A DNA stretch of 64,000 bases from Carcharhinus longimanus. Lineage: Eukaryota. The stretch covers positions 24,700,032 through 24,764,031 of the forward strand of contig JASCQW010000043.1 in the NCBI GenBank assembly GCA_030264375.1. Reading direction: 5' to 3'. Each line of letters begins with the position of its first letter. The stretch's first letter is position 1. Below the pieces are notes generated by a model. It did no database searches and was not told the origin of the DNA. It worked only from the letters and a program-made list of their open reading frames with translations. This document shows, piece by piece, positions 50,942-63,812 of this stretch. The position numbers and the translations under genes are program-made.

Positions 50942-51945
50942 TAAGAACATAAGAAATAGGAGCAGGAGTATGCCATCTAGCCCTTCGAGCCTGCCCCACC
51001 ATTCAGTAAGATCATGGCTGATCTGAAGTGGATCAGTTCCACTTTCCCNNNNNNNNNNNNNNNNNNNNNNNNNNNNNNNNNNNNNNNNNNNNNNNNNNNN
51101 NNNNNNNNNNNNNNNNNNNNNNNNNNNNNNNNNNNNNNNNNNNNNNNNTCCCCCATAATTATCGCCGTTCCATTTCTGCACGCATCATTTATTTCCATGT
51201 TTATAGCCCACCCCACTTCTAAGCTATTATTTGGGGGCCTATAGACCACACCCACCAGCATGTTCCTCCCCTTGCTATTCCTTATCTCCACCCACAACGA
51301 TTCCATGTTTTGCTTTTCAGAGCCTATATCTTCCCTTACTACCGCCCTGATATTATCCTTAATTAACCACCCCCTTTTTCCTCCTGTCAATACCCCTGGA
51401 CATTCAGCTCCCAGTCCCTGTCACTTTGCAACCACTTTTCCGTAATGGCCACTAGATCATATCCATTTGTGCTGATCTGCACCATCAGTTCATTCCGAAT
51501 GCTTTGTGCATTCAGGTAAAGTGTCTTTACACCAGCCTTTACCTGGACCTTATTTGAAGGAACACTACTTACCTCTCTCATGCCCCCTACTCCTTTTATT
51601 ATTGGGACATCCTTAACATTTTCCTGCGCCCGTACCCTCTCCTTTACTTTAGATTTTGTCATTTCTTCCACTCCTGCACACCCCCCACCCCTCTTAATTA
51701 GTTTAAAGCCCTATCTACAGTCCTAGTTATACGATTCGCCAAGACTCTGGTCCTGGCACGGTTCAGACTAAGACCATCCCATCTGAACAGGTCCCATCTG
51801 CCCCAGCACTGGTGCCAATGCCCCATAAATTCAAACCCATTCCTCCCACACCAAATCCTGAGCCACCCATTCATCTCCTTAATCCTATTTACCCTATGCC
51901 CATCTGCATGTGGTTCAGGTGGTAATCCAGAGATAACCACCTTGT
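50942..51945 (-). mobile_element. Young long CR1 (ORF1 esterase end, ORF2 endonuclease start, 3' tail), middle collapsed in a 100-N gap
   Basis: WLRIWCGRNGFEFMGHW..DGLSLN (ORF1). LYLNAQSIRN..YDLVAITEKW and ESLWVEIRN..VGVVYRPP (APE endonuclease). Flanking TGGTTTAA at 50937 and 51946. Confidence 0.9.
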
Positions 51946-52664
51946 TGGTTTAAAGCTGTAGGTGTTTTCCTCTCCTCTGGGCACACTGCTGTAAGATTGA
52001 AGTTTTCCTTTAAAGTTCTGTTCACTGCAACAATGAAGAAACAATCAAATTTAATAGACGGGCTCAATCTTTAGGTGGAGAGAGAGCAGTAAATTTCCTT
52101 CACTCAACTGATGTCCAGCTGTCAGCTCATGTTTCAAGCACAGTAACTGTAGCTGATCACGTGACCCCTCTCCAAATGCCAGTATTTAAAAATATTACCA
52201 TGTTTTCTAATGATAATTAGCTTGTTTGGAGAGCTATCTTAGAAAAATATGTTTTGTCCAAGCAATTAACCATTGAATGGTTGATTGTTGAATACTTCCA
52301 TAGATGTCTTTGGTAAGGTAGGAAGAGTGTTGTTTACAAATCCCCAGGAAAACCATCATCTGTTGGAATTTGTAGATTTGTCATCCTTGATGAAATAATT
52401 CAATTTCACCTGTAGATTTACAATTACTTCAGCCTTGTCTCAAAGAAAATCTTCATAGAAGTCGAATATTTGACGTAAGTATATCCTCATTTTTATATGT
52501 ACAATTAATACTTGTATATGTCCTTGTATGCTTGACAATGCACCTGGTTATAAATCAATAAAAATTATTGAGCTGAAAGTAAAGAGAGGAAAAGGGGAAT
52601 AATGGAGGGTCGGAAAAAGCAGTATTTATAAGAGTCAACTTATATTCACATGGTATCTTTGATG

Positions 52665-54125
52665 CAGAACATACAGCGCAAGAACAGGCCCTCCAAGCTT
52701 GTGCCAATCTTGATGCTCTAACTCAATTGAAAAAAAATCTTCTGCCCTTATTCTGTCCATATCTCTCTATCCCCTTCCTATTCATGTACTCATCCAGATG
52801 CCTCTTAAATGTTGCTAATGTGCCTACTTCCACCACCTCCTTTAGCAGTGCATTCCAGGAACCCACCTTTCTCTGCGTGGAAAACTAGCCCACACACCTC
52901 CCTTAAACTTACCCCCTTCACTTTGGATCTCTGCGCTCTTGTAATTGATACTTCCACCCTAGGAAAAAGCCTCTTGACTATCCACCCTGTCCACACATCT
53001 CAATTTTGTGGACTTCCATCAGATCTACAAAAGAACATAAGAAATAGGAGCAGGAGTAGGCCATCTAGCCCTTCGAGCCTGCCGCGCCATTCAATAAGAT
53101 CATGGCTNNNNNNNNNNNNNNNNNNNNNNNNNNNNNNNNNNNNNNNNNNNNNNNNNNNNNNNNNNNNNNNNNNNNNNNNNNNNNNNNNNNNNNNNNNNNN
53201 NNNNNNNAAAATATCCTTGCGCAAGTGCGGCGACCAAAACTGCACACAGTACTCCAGCTGCGGCCTCACCAGTGCCTTGTACAGATGCAGCAATACCTCC
53301 TTGCTTTTATATTCTATCCCCCTCGGCCTCCATCCTTCCAGTGAAAGCATTTTTGTTACCGCATCATCTCCTCAAAGTCAACACCCTAGAGACCAGACAA
53401 CATCCTGGTGAACATTGCACTCTTTCCAAAGCTTCCATATCCTCCTGGTAATGTGGAGAGCAGAACTGCATGCAATACTCCAAATGTGGCCTAACCAAGA
53501 TTTTATTTGGCTGCAACGTGATTTCCCAACTCTTGTACTCAGTGCCCTGGCTGATGAAGGCAAGCATGCCACATGGCTTCTTAATCACCTTGGCTACCTG
53601 TGTTGCCATTTTTAGGGAACTGTGGATCTGCAGATCCTTCTGTATTTCAATGTTTCTAAGGGTTCTACCATTTACAGTATAATTCATACCTAAATATGAT
53701 CGTCCAAAATGCATCACCTCGCCTTTATCCAGATTAAACACCTGGCATTTCTGTGCCCAAATCTCAAATCTGTCTAAATCCTGTTGTATCCTTTGACGAT
53801 CTCCTGCACTATTAGCAACTCTACTAATCTTTGTGTCGTCTGCAAACTTACTAATCAGACCACTCATACTTTCCTACAGATCATTTATGTATTACAAACA
53901 GAGGTCCCAGCACTGACCTCTGCAGAACACCACTAGCTACAGATCTCCATTCTGAAAAACACCTTTCCACCGCTACTCTCTTATCTTCTATGACCAAACC
54001 ACTTTTGTATCTATCTAGCCAGATGTTAGTTTTTGTACCAATCTGCCATGTGGGACCTTGTCAAAAGCCTTAGTAAAGTCCATATAAACAACATCCACAG
54101 TTCTTCCCTCGTCAATTGTCTTTGT
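52665..54125 (-). mobile_element. CR1 RT remnant with a young CR1 nested at ~53030-53322
   Basis: SKFADDTKISRV..LVRPHLEYCMQF. Nested copy has a canonical tail and [21 protein letters not shown]. Confidence 0.9.
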
Positions 54126-55047
54126 CCCCAAGTAGGAATGTAAGAATAAAAATGGATGCCAAGCCAAAAGACAGGAGGAGGTATAATTTAAACAGTCCTG
54201 ATTTCTCCTCTTGTAAATGAAGTGCTGCTTTCCCTTCTACAACTAGTGACGTTTTGACCAACCCTTCAATTTTGGTGTGTTTCAGTCTCATTAATAGCCC
54301 CACAGCAAACTCAAGATATGATGTTAGTTTATTTACACACTTTCAAACTGCGGGAGAAAGGTTGCCACATTTCCTCCTATACACTCATGCACTAAAAGAG
54401 GAATAAAGATCTAAGATTTACAGGGCAAAGATCAGAGAAAATAATTATTGTTTAAAGTGGATTCCAGAGTCCAGTATCAAAGTCCAATGAGATGCTCCTT
54501 CATGGATGTCGACAGGTTGAAAACCTATGCTGCAGAATTTGCTTTTCAGGTGACATAATGAGATAGACATGCAAAGATGACTCAGTCTTATAGGCGATGG
54601 TACAGAAGTTCCAGCAGAAATAGTGTAGATGTACCCAGCTGAGGTTACTTGTAGATGGTAAAATGGCAGGTCGAGTTTGCAGCTGAAAGACGGGGTCCAT
54701 GTCACTCTTCACAGTGTGAAAGGGGTATGTATTCACTTTCTAGGTCTCCAAGATGGTTAAATGTATCAACCATCATGAATTGAAAAGGAGGTGGTGGGGC
54801 CCTTTGTTCTAGCAGGTGATTAGACTGCAGTTGGCCAACCTGGCTTATGAAATGTCAGTGGTGTTNNNNNNNNNNNNNNNNNNNNNNNNNNNNNNNNNNN
54901 NNNNNNNNNNNNNNNNNNNNNNNNNNNNNNNNNNNNNNNNNNNNNNNNNNNNNNNNNNNNNNNNNNNNNNNNNNNNNNNNNNNNNNNNNNNNNNNNNNNN
55001 NNNNNNNNNNNNNNNNNNNNNNNNNNNNNNNNNNNNNNNNNNNNNNN

Positions 55048-55120
55048 ATCTTATTGAATGGCGGGGCAGGCTCAAAGGGCTAGATGGCCTACTCCTGCTC
55101 CTATTTCTTATGTTCTTATG
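55048..55120 (+). mobile_element. Young CR1 3' tail after a gap
   Basis: atcttattgaatggcggggcagg...ctatttcttatgttcttatg. Confidence 0.85.
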
Positions 55121-55564
55121 AGAAAAGAAACTTAAGATTTGGAAGGGATTAAGGGAGAATTCTAGAAGCATAGGTTGAAGGCATAGCCCTTAGTATACTT
55201 TGGGGTACTCAAAATTAGGACTCAGAAGAATGAGGAGTTTGTGGATGGGACGTGTTGTACTGGAAATTAGAGATGTGGTAGGGAGGCAAATATAGGTGGA
55301 CGAGAACAGGTGAACAGGATCATGCAGAATAAGATACATGCAGCAAGGTTTTGGCCCAGCTGAAGTTTGCAAAGATTGGGAGTAAGTGCATATTAAGACA
55401 ACACTCAATGGTCAAATTGATTGGATAGGCAAGAATTGAAGAACACTTAGAGATAGTGATGTTGTTGAAAGGTGTGGAAAACTCACTGAGAGATGATACA
55501 CCATCATCACAGAATATTGTTTGAGAGTTTGGGTAGAGCTGCTGTGGGAGATAATTTGTGTATG

Positions 55565-55838
55565 AGCAGCACGGTAGCACAGTGATTAACACTGCTGCCC
55601 CACAATGCCAGGCACTCAGATTTGATTTCCGGCTTGGGTCACTGTCTATGTGGAGTTTACACGTTTTCCCTGTGTCTGCCTTGGGTTTCCTCTGGGTGCC
55701 CTGGTTTCCTCCCACGGTCTGAAAGATGTGCTGGTTAGGTGCTGAATAGGCACCGAAGTGTGGCGACTAGGGGAATTTCACAGTAACCTCATTGCAGTGT
55801 TAAAGTAAGCCTTACCTGTGACTAATAAATAAACTTTT
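55565..55838 (+). mobile_element. HE1/V-type SINE, aataaa-tail variant
   Basis: gcacggtagcacagtg head, V-domain, tail acagtaacctcattgcagtgtt...actaataaataaac. Confidence 0.85.
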
Positions 55839-56974
55839 AATGTAAATCTGAGCTGCCAAAGTGATTGGCATGCTTTCATGAGGTGACAATACGGTCAAGC
55901 TTTGGACAAGAAAAGGAGATTGGAAATCATGTCATTTTTATGAATATTAGTGTTGAAGGTGGGACTTTTGCGGAGTGATGGAGTGACAATGGTGTTTTGG
56001 AGAGGGAATGCAAAGGTAGTGAGCAGAAAGGTACCTTTGCGCCTAATATGGGTGCAGAGGAGATAGAGAATTACCCTATTTAGGAACGGGTATTTTTGAA
56101 AAGTATGCTAGTAGAAAGAGAAACTCTTGTCGTGGGAAGGTATCTCTGATTTTACTTGGCTGGTCTTAGTGGGCTTGTGTTATAAATCACCATAATTCTA
56201 ATTTACCATCAGTGGTCTATTAGTAATAAATATGTATTTTACAGTTACATTGCTGCAAAGATTACATAGGATTTTGTCTAGTTCAAAATGGCTTCCAAAG
56301 TAGAACTGTTTAACTGAATTCCATTGTATTCCACTGTACTTGGGTTAGTGTATCTTGGGTCTAATGATTGATTAATCATGAAAAGTTGTTTGTTGAAGAA
56401 GACCTGAAATTGTCATGATCACTTATCATTTAGCACAAAATAAACTATTTTTGGGGATTTTTATAGATTAAGTAATGCACCAAAGTGCAAAGACATAGAA
56501 AAGATATACAGCACATAGACTATGTATCACCTGCTTTTAAATTCTTGACTAACTTTCATCTTCTGCTGACAGAGTTCTTTTTGTCTGACCTGTGTAGCAC
56601 CTCAATGTATAGAGGATTGAAGAATAGTTGCAATATCTGATAGGTATATGCAGGATCCTTTTGGTGCTACATAGGCGCAACATCGTGAATTTGCTATCAG
56701 ACCTTCAAAATTACCCAATATATTCTGTCCGCAATGATGTCCAATTAAAGACAGGGGGAATGGTATTGAGATCCCAAAGAGAACATCTAATGAGATTAGT
56801 CACAGCGATCAAACCTAGAGCATGTCCAATTGTTAAAAACCTGGAGGGGGAAACACATTTTTTTTATATACCATCACCAAGTGGCTAACATTGCACTTGA
56901 GACTTGTAAAACCTAGTTTAACATAGGACCTGTTGAGCTTGCTCCACAGTGCTGATTGATCTTGAACTTAAAGT

Positions 56975-57445
56975 CTACTATCCTGCCTGCTCCCCATATC
57001 CTTTAATTGCTTGTAGCACCAAAAATCTGTCCATTCCAGCCCTAAGAATGGAGCATTGGCAAACTCATGGGGTAGAGTATTCCAAAGATTCACAACTCTT
57101 TGAAGAAATTCCTCATCTCAGCCCCAAATGATCAATCCTTTATCCTCAGACTGTGCCCCCATGTGGATTCCCCAGTCAGCAGAAACAACTCCTGTCGCTA
57201 CTTTTTCAAGTCCCTTCAAAATTTTCAATTCTTCTAAATTCTAGACAATATAGGCCCAATTTACTCAGCCTCTCAATATAGAACAACCCTTTCATCCCAG
57301 GGACCAACTTAGTGAGTCTCCTCTGCACTGCCCCCAACACAAGTATATCCTTAAATATGGAGACGAAAACTATTCCAGATGTGGTCTCACCAAAGCACTG
57401 TACAAGGCTCTTATTCTTGGGCTCCATTCTCTTAGCAACAAAGGT
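56975..57445 (-). mobile_element. CR1 3' fragment
   Basis: AVQRRLTKLVPGMKGLFYIERLSKLGLYCLEFRR. Confidence 0.8.
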
Positions 57446-57679
57446 GTAGGTGAAACCCGGAGGCATTCAATAGTCAACAGTACCTAGAGGATGCGTTAAA
57501 AGAGAACCTGGAGACAGCAGCACCTAGAAGAGATATTGAATCCAGAGCAGTGTGGCTGCAGTCTGAGAAAGATTAAGTGTAGCACCAAAGGAAAACCAAT
57601 AACTAATGAATACTTTGCTCATTTACTTTCAAACCTTGTATGATTTATTAGTAATTGGAAGGTTTTATTAGTTGTAATG

Positions 57680-59299
57680 AGGCATTTGATAAGGTGCCAC
57701 ATCAAATGTTATTGTGGAAAATAAAATATCATGCTGTAGTGGGTAACGTAATGTGGAAAAAAATTGGCTGGCTGACAGAAAACCAATTATGCATGTATTT
57801 TTTTCTGATTAGCAAGATGTATTGAAGAGTCCCTCGGGTCTGTGCTGGGGTCTCAACTTTACAACTTATATCAAAGACTTAAATGAGGGGTGTGAAGGCA
57901 TGCTAGCATAGTTTGTAGATAACAAAGATAAGGAAGAAAATAAGTTGTGAATAGGAAATAAGGAGTTTCGAGCAGAGGTAGGTAGGTTGAGTGACTGGGC
58001 AAAAATATAGCAGATGGCATATAATGTGGGCAGATGGTGTACAATGTGGGAAATTGAAGTTGTTTGCTTTAGCAAGAAGAATAAAGAAGTAGAGTATTAG
58101 GTAAATGGAGAACAGTTGTATTTTGAAATGCGGAGGGATCTTGCTATTCCAGTGCATAAATCACAAAACATTAGTATACAGGTACAGCTAGTAATTATGA
58201 AAGCTAATGGAATGCTATTGTTTATTATGAGAAAAATTAAACATATAAGTAAGGATGTTATGTTTCAATTATACAGGGCATTGGTGAGCCCTCATCTCAA
58301 ATACTGTCCAGTTTTGGTCTCATTTAAGGAAAGATGTAAATACAATGGAGGCAGTTCAGAGGACGTTTACTAACTTGATACTGGCAATGAGTTTCTTGTC
58401 TTGAGAGGAAAGGTTCACAGATTGGGATTGTTTCCACTGGAGTTCAGAAGAATAAGGGATAACATATCAATATATAAGATCCTGAATAGTCTTGACATGG
58501 ACCGGAAAGGGTTGTTCCTTCCTGTGGATGATCAAACACATCTATCGTAAGGGTCTACAACCTGAGGAACTTTGGGAATTATTGAGTTGGAGGCCAAGCT
58601 GCAGACGCTGCAATGTATCGAGAGGGGATAATTACCTGAGTACTTTTTAGCCAGAGGCAAATGCGCACCTTAAGAGATGGTCTTCGGATTTGGCCAGTGG
58701 TGAAGGATAGGAGATTGTGACTGCAAGTGAGGTAGGTGTGTCGACCCAGAAGGTAAAAGTGGGGGAGCCTCAGCCTGTGCTATGGCTAACAGGTACAAAA
58801 TACTTGCAACCTGTATGAGTGAAAGTGGCTGCGGGGTGCATAAGCAAACTCACCACAGTACAGGAGACAAGTGAAGTGGGGCAAGAAAATAGGAATGTAA
58901 TGAATAAAGGGGGCAGTATTGTCAAGGGAATAGACACAGCTCCATGCAACTGAGAACAAGAGTCCAAAAGGCTCTGGTGCCTGCCTAGTGCAAAGGTTTG
59001 AAACATCTGCTCTGGGGCAGTGGGAGGGAGAACAAACCAGTGGTCATGGTCCATGTAGGTACGAACAGCATTCGTAGGACTAGAAAAGAGGTTCATCTTG
59101 GGGCAGCTAGAGGTTAAATTAAACAGCAGAATCTCAAACTAATGTCTGCAATAATACCTGAGCAATGAACAAATTGATGTAGGATAAATAAGACTAGGAG
59201 TTGAATAAAGCTTGGTGTGGGAGAAATGGGTGTTGATTCATGGGCCATTGGCACCAGTACTGGAGAGAGTGGGAGCTGTACTGTTAGGGTGGTCTTTGT
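57680..59299 (+). mobile_element. Decayed CR1 RT fragment (57680-58520) followed by a decayed CR1 ORF1 fragment (~58560-59299)
   Basis: AFDKVPH, ANGMLLFI..QLYRALVSPHLKYC, then WCLPSAKV and VVMVHVGTN (SGNH block). Confidence 0.7.
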
Positions 59300-59870
59300 N
59301 NNNNNNNNNNNNNNNNNNNNNNNNNNNNNNNNNNNNNNNNNNNNNNNNNNNNNNNNNNNNNNNNNNNNNNNNNNNNNNNNNNNNNNNNNNNNNNNNNNNT
59401 AGTGAGCAAATGCTGACCAGGATAATGAGAAGCACCAGCTCTTTTTTGGGACCTTGGGAAAGAGCTTTAATGTCTCAATTGAAAGGTACTGACAATGCAA
59501 CACTCCTTCAGTTCTCTGGAGTGTTAACCTGAATAATTGCTCAAATCTTTGAATGGGGGTGGGATGAGGTGAAGGGTGTTAAACCCATGATCCTGTGATC
59601 CGGGCGAGAGTGCCTATGGGCCACAACTGATACCTGAACACAATGTTGCTTTCGGTCAGACAACATTTTATGGTAAAATTGTTAAAACAGTGCAGTTTTA
59701 ATTCCAAGCCCTCAGGACAGAAGATGCTGATCCTGTTTTATGATGTCTGTACCATTGATGTAGTTAATGTGACATCATAAAGAGGTTTCACTTTGGTTTG
59801 TGACATGAGAGCTGCTCATAATTTTTAATCAGTTTGAAGGTCAGATTAATTAATTATTTCTGTTGTTCAG

Positions 59871-61387
59871 GTGGATTTTCTACTCGGCCTTTTGTGAGGA
59901 GTGTCCAGCGCCAGAGTTTGTCGTCTCGGTCCTCGTTTGCCAGTCCCTTGGTGCTCAATGAGAACGGAATTAAATCTCAGAGGTCGCTATCCAGCAAGCT
60001 GCACATGCGGTCCAGTTCTCCATCGCCATTCTCGTTCGAGTCTCCGACTCACAGCCCATCTCCAACAGCAGACATCCTCGGGCGCAGGAGCCCCAACCGA
60101 GGCACCTCTCCGTTGCAAGGCCAGGGGGCAGCTCATGCTGGACAGTCAGGCAGGGCACCCCTAGCAGTCATGGAAGGCATGGTCCGTGAGGAGGAATTGA
60201 GAGTCACCGGAAAAGCAACTGGGCAGAGCAGACCCATTTTGCCCCTTGATAAAAAGTTGGACCAGTGTGGGAATGACGCAGGAGGGTTGGACACACTGAC
60301 CCCTTCGCTTGATGCTCTTGACAATAGAAAAGGTACACCTGGCTTGGGAAGCCCTCGTTCTCCAAGTATTAGTGGAGCTTCTTCAGCAGAAGAGCAAAGA
60401 CAAAAGAAAGGCTTTGTGTCAGGAGCTGTGAATGCAGAGAGCCTGCAGAAGAAAACCACTGCTTCCAGAGCACTTCATGAACAAGCCAAAAGTTCTTCGT
60501 CCAGAGCTCAGTTAGCTATGTCTTCATCACACAAGAACCCTCAAAAGATTTCAGTTGCACGCGAAAAGAGTGAACCAAAAGTGGGAGCCCGACATTCTTC
60601 ATCAAACTCAGTTCTCCGAAAGGACATGGCCAAAGGTCAGGAATCAGCCTTGTCAGCGTATCAGCAGAAACCTAAATTGGTCTCGCCTTCTCCCCAGTCT
60701 CCTTCTCCAGCACGGAAAAAGGTGCCTGGAAGATCCAAGACTTCTGAGGGTCGGTCCAAACGCAGTCCCTCTCCTGAAAAACGCAGACTGACATCGTCTT
60801 CTAAAGCTAGCAGTATGAGCAGACTCTCACATGCTAAGTCAGGGAGCCGATTGGAAAACAGAAGACTGAGGAATTCGAGCAGCAGCTCCTCCATGACGGA
60901 AGCAAAGTCGTCAGATACCAGCTCGAGGACTGATTTGAGGAGAGATAGTAGCAAGTCGGATGACAAAGGACTGTCATTCTTTCGGGCAGCGCTGAGGCAG
61001 AAGGAGAGTCGGAGGTCAGCCGACTTGGGGAAAAGCAATATTCTTGCCAAGAAATCGGCAGATGGACCTTCCAAAATGGCAAGTAAAAAAGTGCCAGGTG
61101 AGGGGGCAACCAAGGAAGGAAAACGATTGACAACTGAACAGCCACCATCCGCTGCTGCCTCAGCCCTGACCCTGACCAGCAAAACTGCTACACGAGGGAA
61201 GCTGCCGAGCAAAGATACCACTCCCACCAAACGCCCACTGCTTCCAGCTACCAAATCCAAGTCGGCGTTACCAGAGGTGGGGGCTCAGTCTCCTACAAGC
61301 AGGAAGAAACCTGCAGAAAAAACATTTAAATCCAGAAAGATTGTTACTAGTGGCATGCAGTCTTCTGTGCGCCATAACAAAAAGTAA
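59871..61387 (+). CDS. USP31: USP31 terminal coding exon (~505 aa Ser/Lys/Arg-rich disordered tail); upstream exons not in window
   Basis: Acceptor ttctgttgttcag|, phase 1, 1.5-kb intact ORF. Contains GGFSTRPFVRSVQRQSLSSRSS, GRAPLAVMEG and DKGLSFFRAALRQKESRRSADLGK, which match my recollection of the vertebrate USP31 C-terminus. Confidence 0.88.
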
Positions 61388-63687
61388 ATGAGAAAAAAAA
61401 ATCAAAAAGGAAAAGGCTCCCCAGAAATGCTAGTCTGGTTTTGTTACTATGACACTTTCTCTTTCTTTCTGACTCTTTCTCCATTTATTACACCGGCTTT
61501 CAGTTTGGAGGAAGGTTTAATTTTTTTTGTGGTTAGTGTGCCTACATTGTTTAGGGAGATTATTGATTTCAAGCGCCTTTTGTTGTGCCATCAAACCAAA
61601 TAACGAAAATGTGGTATGCGAGGATCATGGAACTAGTTCATCGGTTACCTTTACTTTTCCCCAGAGGCTGGCCTTCCCTGGTGGTTTTAACACAGCACTT
61701 TGTATCAACCTAAAGAACTTTTTGTTGCTGAATAACACTATGTACTGTTCAATGAATGGTTTGATTTTAAAAGTTTTTTTTATAAATGTTCTTTTTAAGA
61801 CTAACATGACTACTGCATGCTCTGAGGAAGCCATCAAATTAAGTTATCACTTTTATTTTCTCCAGCAAGGGTTTGTTTGCTTGATGCCATGTTAAGTACT
61901 GTTTAACAACAAGTTTCATGTGAACATGAGGAACAAACGGAGGCATTGACTGCTTTAATTAGTGTGCCCACTTTTTAAAATAACCACAGCCCCGCATGTT
62001 TAGCAGAAAGAAGGGTGAGAGTGATGGAGTATAATGAGATGCAAAGCTTCTGCCATTTTTTTGTTAGCTTAACAAGTGAGTGCTGCATCAGCAAATTGAA
62101 CGTGGTCTGTTGTTTATTAGCAGCTTGGTTTATCTGCAGATGAATAGAAATGGGGATTTCAACTTCAATTGTGGCTCCAGACTCCATGGGTCAAAGTTTG
62201 AATCCTCCTATTGCTCAGAGACTTGAGAGCCCTTCACATAAATGGTTTTGTTGCAATAACTGCCCCAAATACATCTCCCGTCTTGCTACCATTTTGCAGC
62301 CTGAAACGATCTATTTGCACCTGGTTGCAAAGGCCTTGCCATGATTAACATTTCAGATAAACAGTTCAGCTCAAATGTTGTTCTGTCAGAAATAATTGAA
62401 AATTGAATCTTGTGCACAGTATTCCAGTCTGAAATTTGAAGTTTACAGTCCTAGGCAATGATGTCAACACCTTGTATTTCTTGGATCATAACAGTTGAGT
62501 ATGGAGAACTCTGTCTTGCTGTTGAAATTTTAGTTATTGAACATCAATGATAATCAATGGTGGTTTTCATATGGGTAATAAGCATTGTCTACCAGCACAC
62601 ACCTCACCTAGGTTAGTAATCAATGAAATTTCATTCGCACTTTTACTAAGGAGGAAAATTTTTTTTTATCATATTATTCTTCTGTCTATATTTCAACATC
62701 TTAGGGTTCAACATTTTAGATTACATTTCTGATTTCAGAGAATCTGTGCTGCATATCCTTTTTATATACTGGTTCNNNNNNNNNNAACGATACAACTTTC
62801 TTATAACCCTGCAGTTTTTTTTCATTTAGTTCATTTTTTCATTTCAACCCTTCAAGTATTTAATTTCCTATTGAAAATTACTCTTGAATTGACTTGTACT
62901 TAGGAAGTGTGTTCCAGATTTGTCCTTTAACTCTTTCTTGTCCTTTAACTCTTTCTTGTCCACTCAATCTCATAAACATTGGCAGATTAATTCTCTGGTG
63001 TAATAATGTTAGGTTGTGATGACCAATCTTAATTATGAAATTTGCCAATAACATGTTGTAGAGTATACCATGAGCTCTATCCACCCACTGCATCTCTTTC
63101 CACACGCCATGTAGAATTTCTGTTATCTGGAAAAGAGCAGTTATAAAACTGATTTCTATTCCCAAGCCTCTTGGGCAAAAGCAAAGACTCTACTCCAAAT
63201 TGGTCATAGGAAAACTCTTGTATATTACCTGGTTACACCATCTAAATCAAACCAATGTCCTGATCCACTTCATTTTATATGTGGCTTCCTATTAAGAAGG
63301 ATGTAATGGAAATACAATTGTGAACTCGGGTTAGAGTTGTGTAGTTTCATATATTTTGTTGCTCGTCGTCACAGAGGTATTGATGATTGCAATGAGGTGA
63401 GATTCGCCCTCTAAGGTACTTATGAAGCTTTTAGTAGCTTTTTTTGAACCAGGATGGGAAAGGCATGTGATAATCCTGACCAGAGGTTGCTGAATTGAGA
63501 ATGAAACAACAAGCAAATTCCTGAGCCCTAATTGGAGGCTGCACTCTCACTGTAAAGCCTGTAATCTCATATCTTGTACCATCCGGGTCAGCATCTACAT
63601 TGTGTATGCTTCATCAACCAAGAATTTAAATTGCATGAAGCTCTGAAATTCACAGCAGAAAGGCTGCAATTGGGGGACTGGAGAGAT

Positions 63688-63812
63688 GGAAAGTTGCATT
63701 TATAATAGCATCTTTCACCTTCTCAGGATATCCTTAAGTGCTTCATAGCCGATGAGTGAGGTACATTTGAAGTATAATCACTGTTACATCTATAAACACA
63801 GCAGTCCATTTT
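63688..63812 (-). mobile_element. Old L2-tailed (Deu/AmnSINE-like) SINE 3' remnant
   Basis: Reverse complement of an aagcactt..atatcctgag..tgaaag..gcta..taaatgcaac tail. Confidence 0.5.

Noticed and set aside
52155-52165. E-box/CLEAR-like ATCACGTGAC
   Set aside because: Single motif with no promoter context.
60133-61260. Antisense ORFs of 104-199 aa
   Set aside because: Shadows of the USP31 coding exon with no independent splice or homology signal.
62921-62961. 18-bp tandem duplication giving a QERVKG repeat in a minus ORF
   Set aside because: Simple slippage duplication in probable 3' UTR; the ORF has no recognisable homology.
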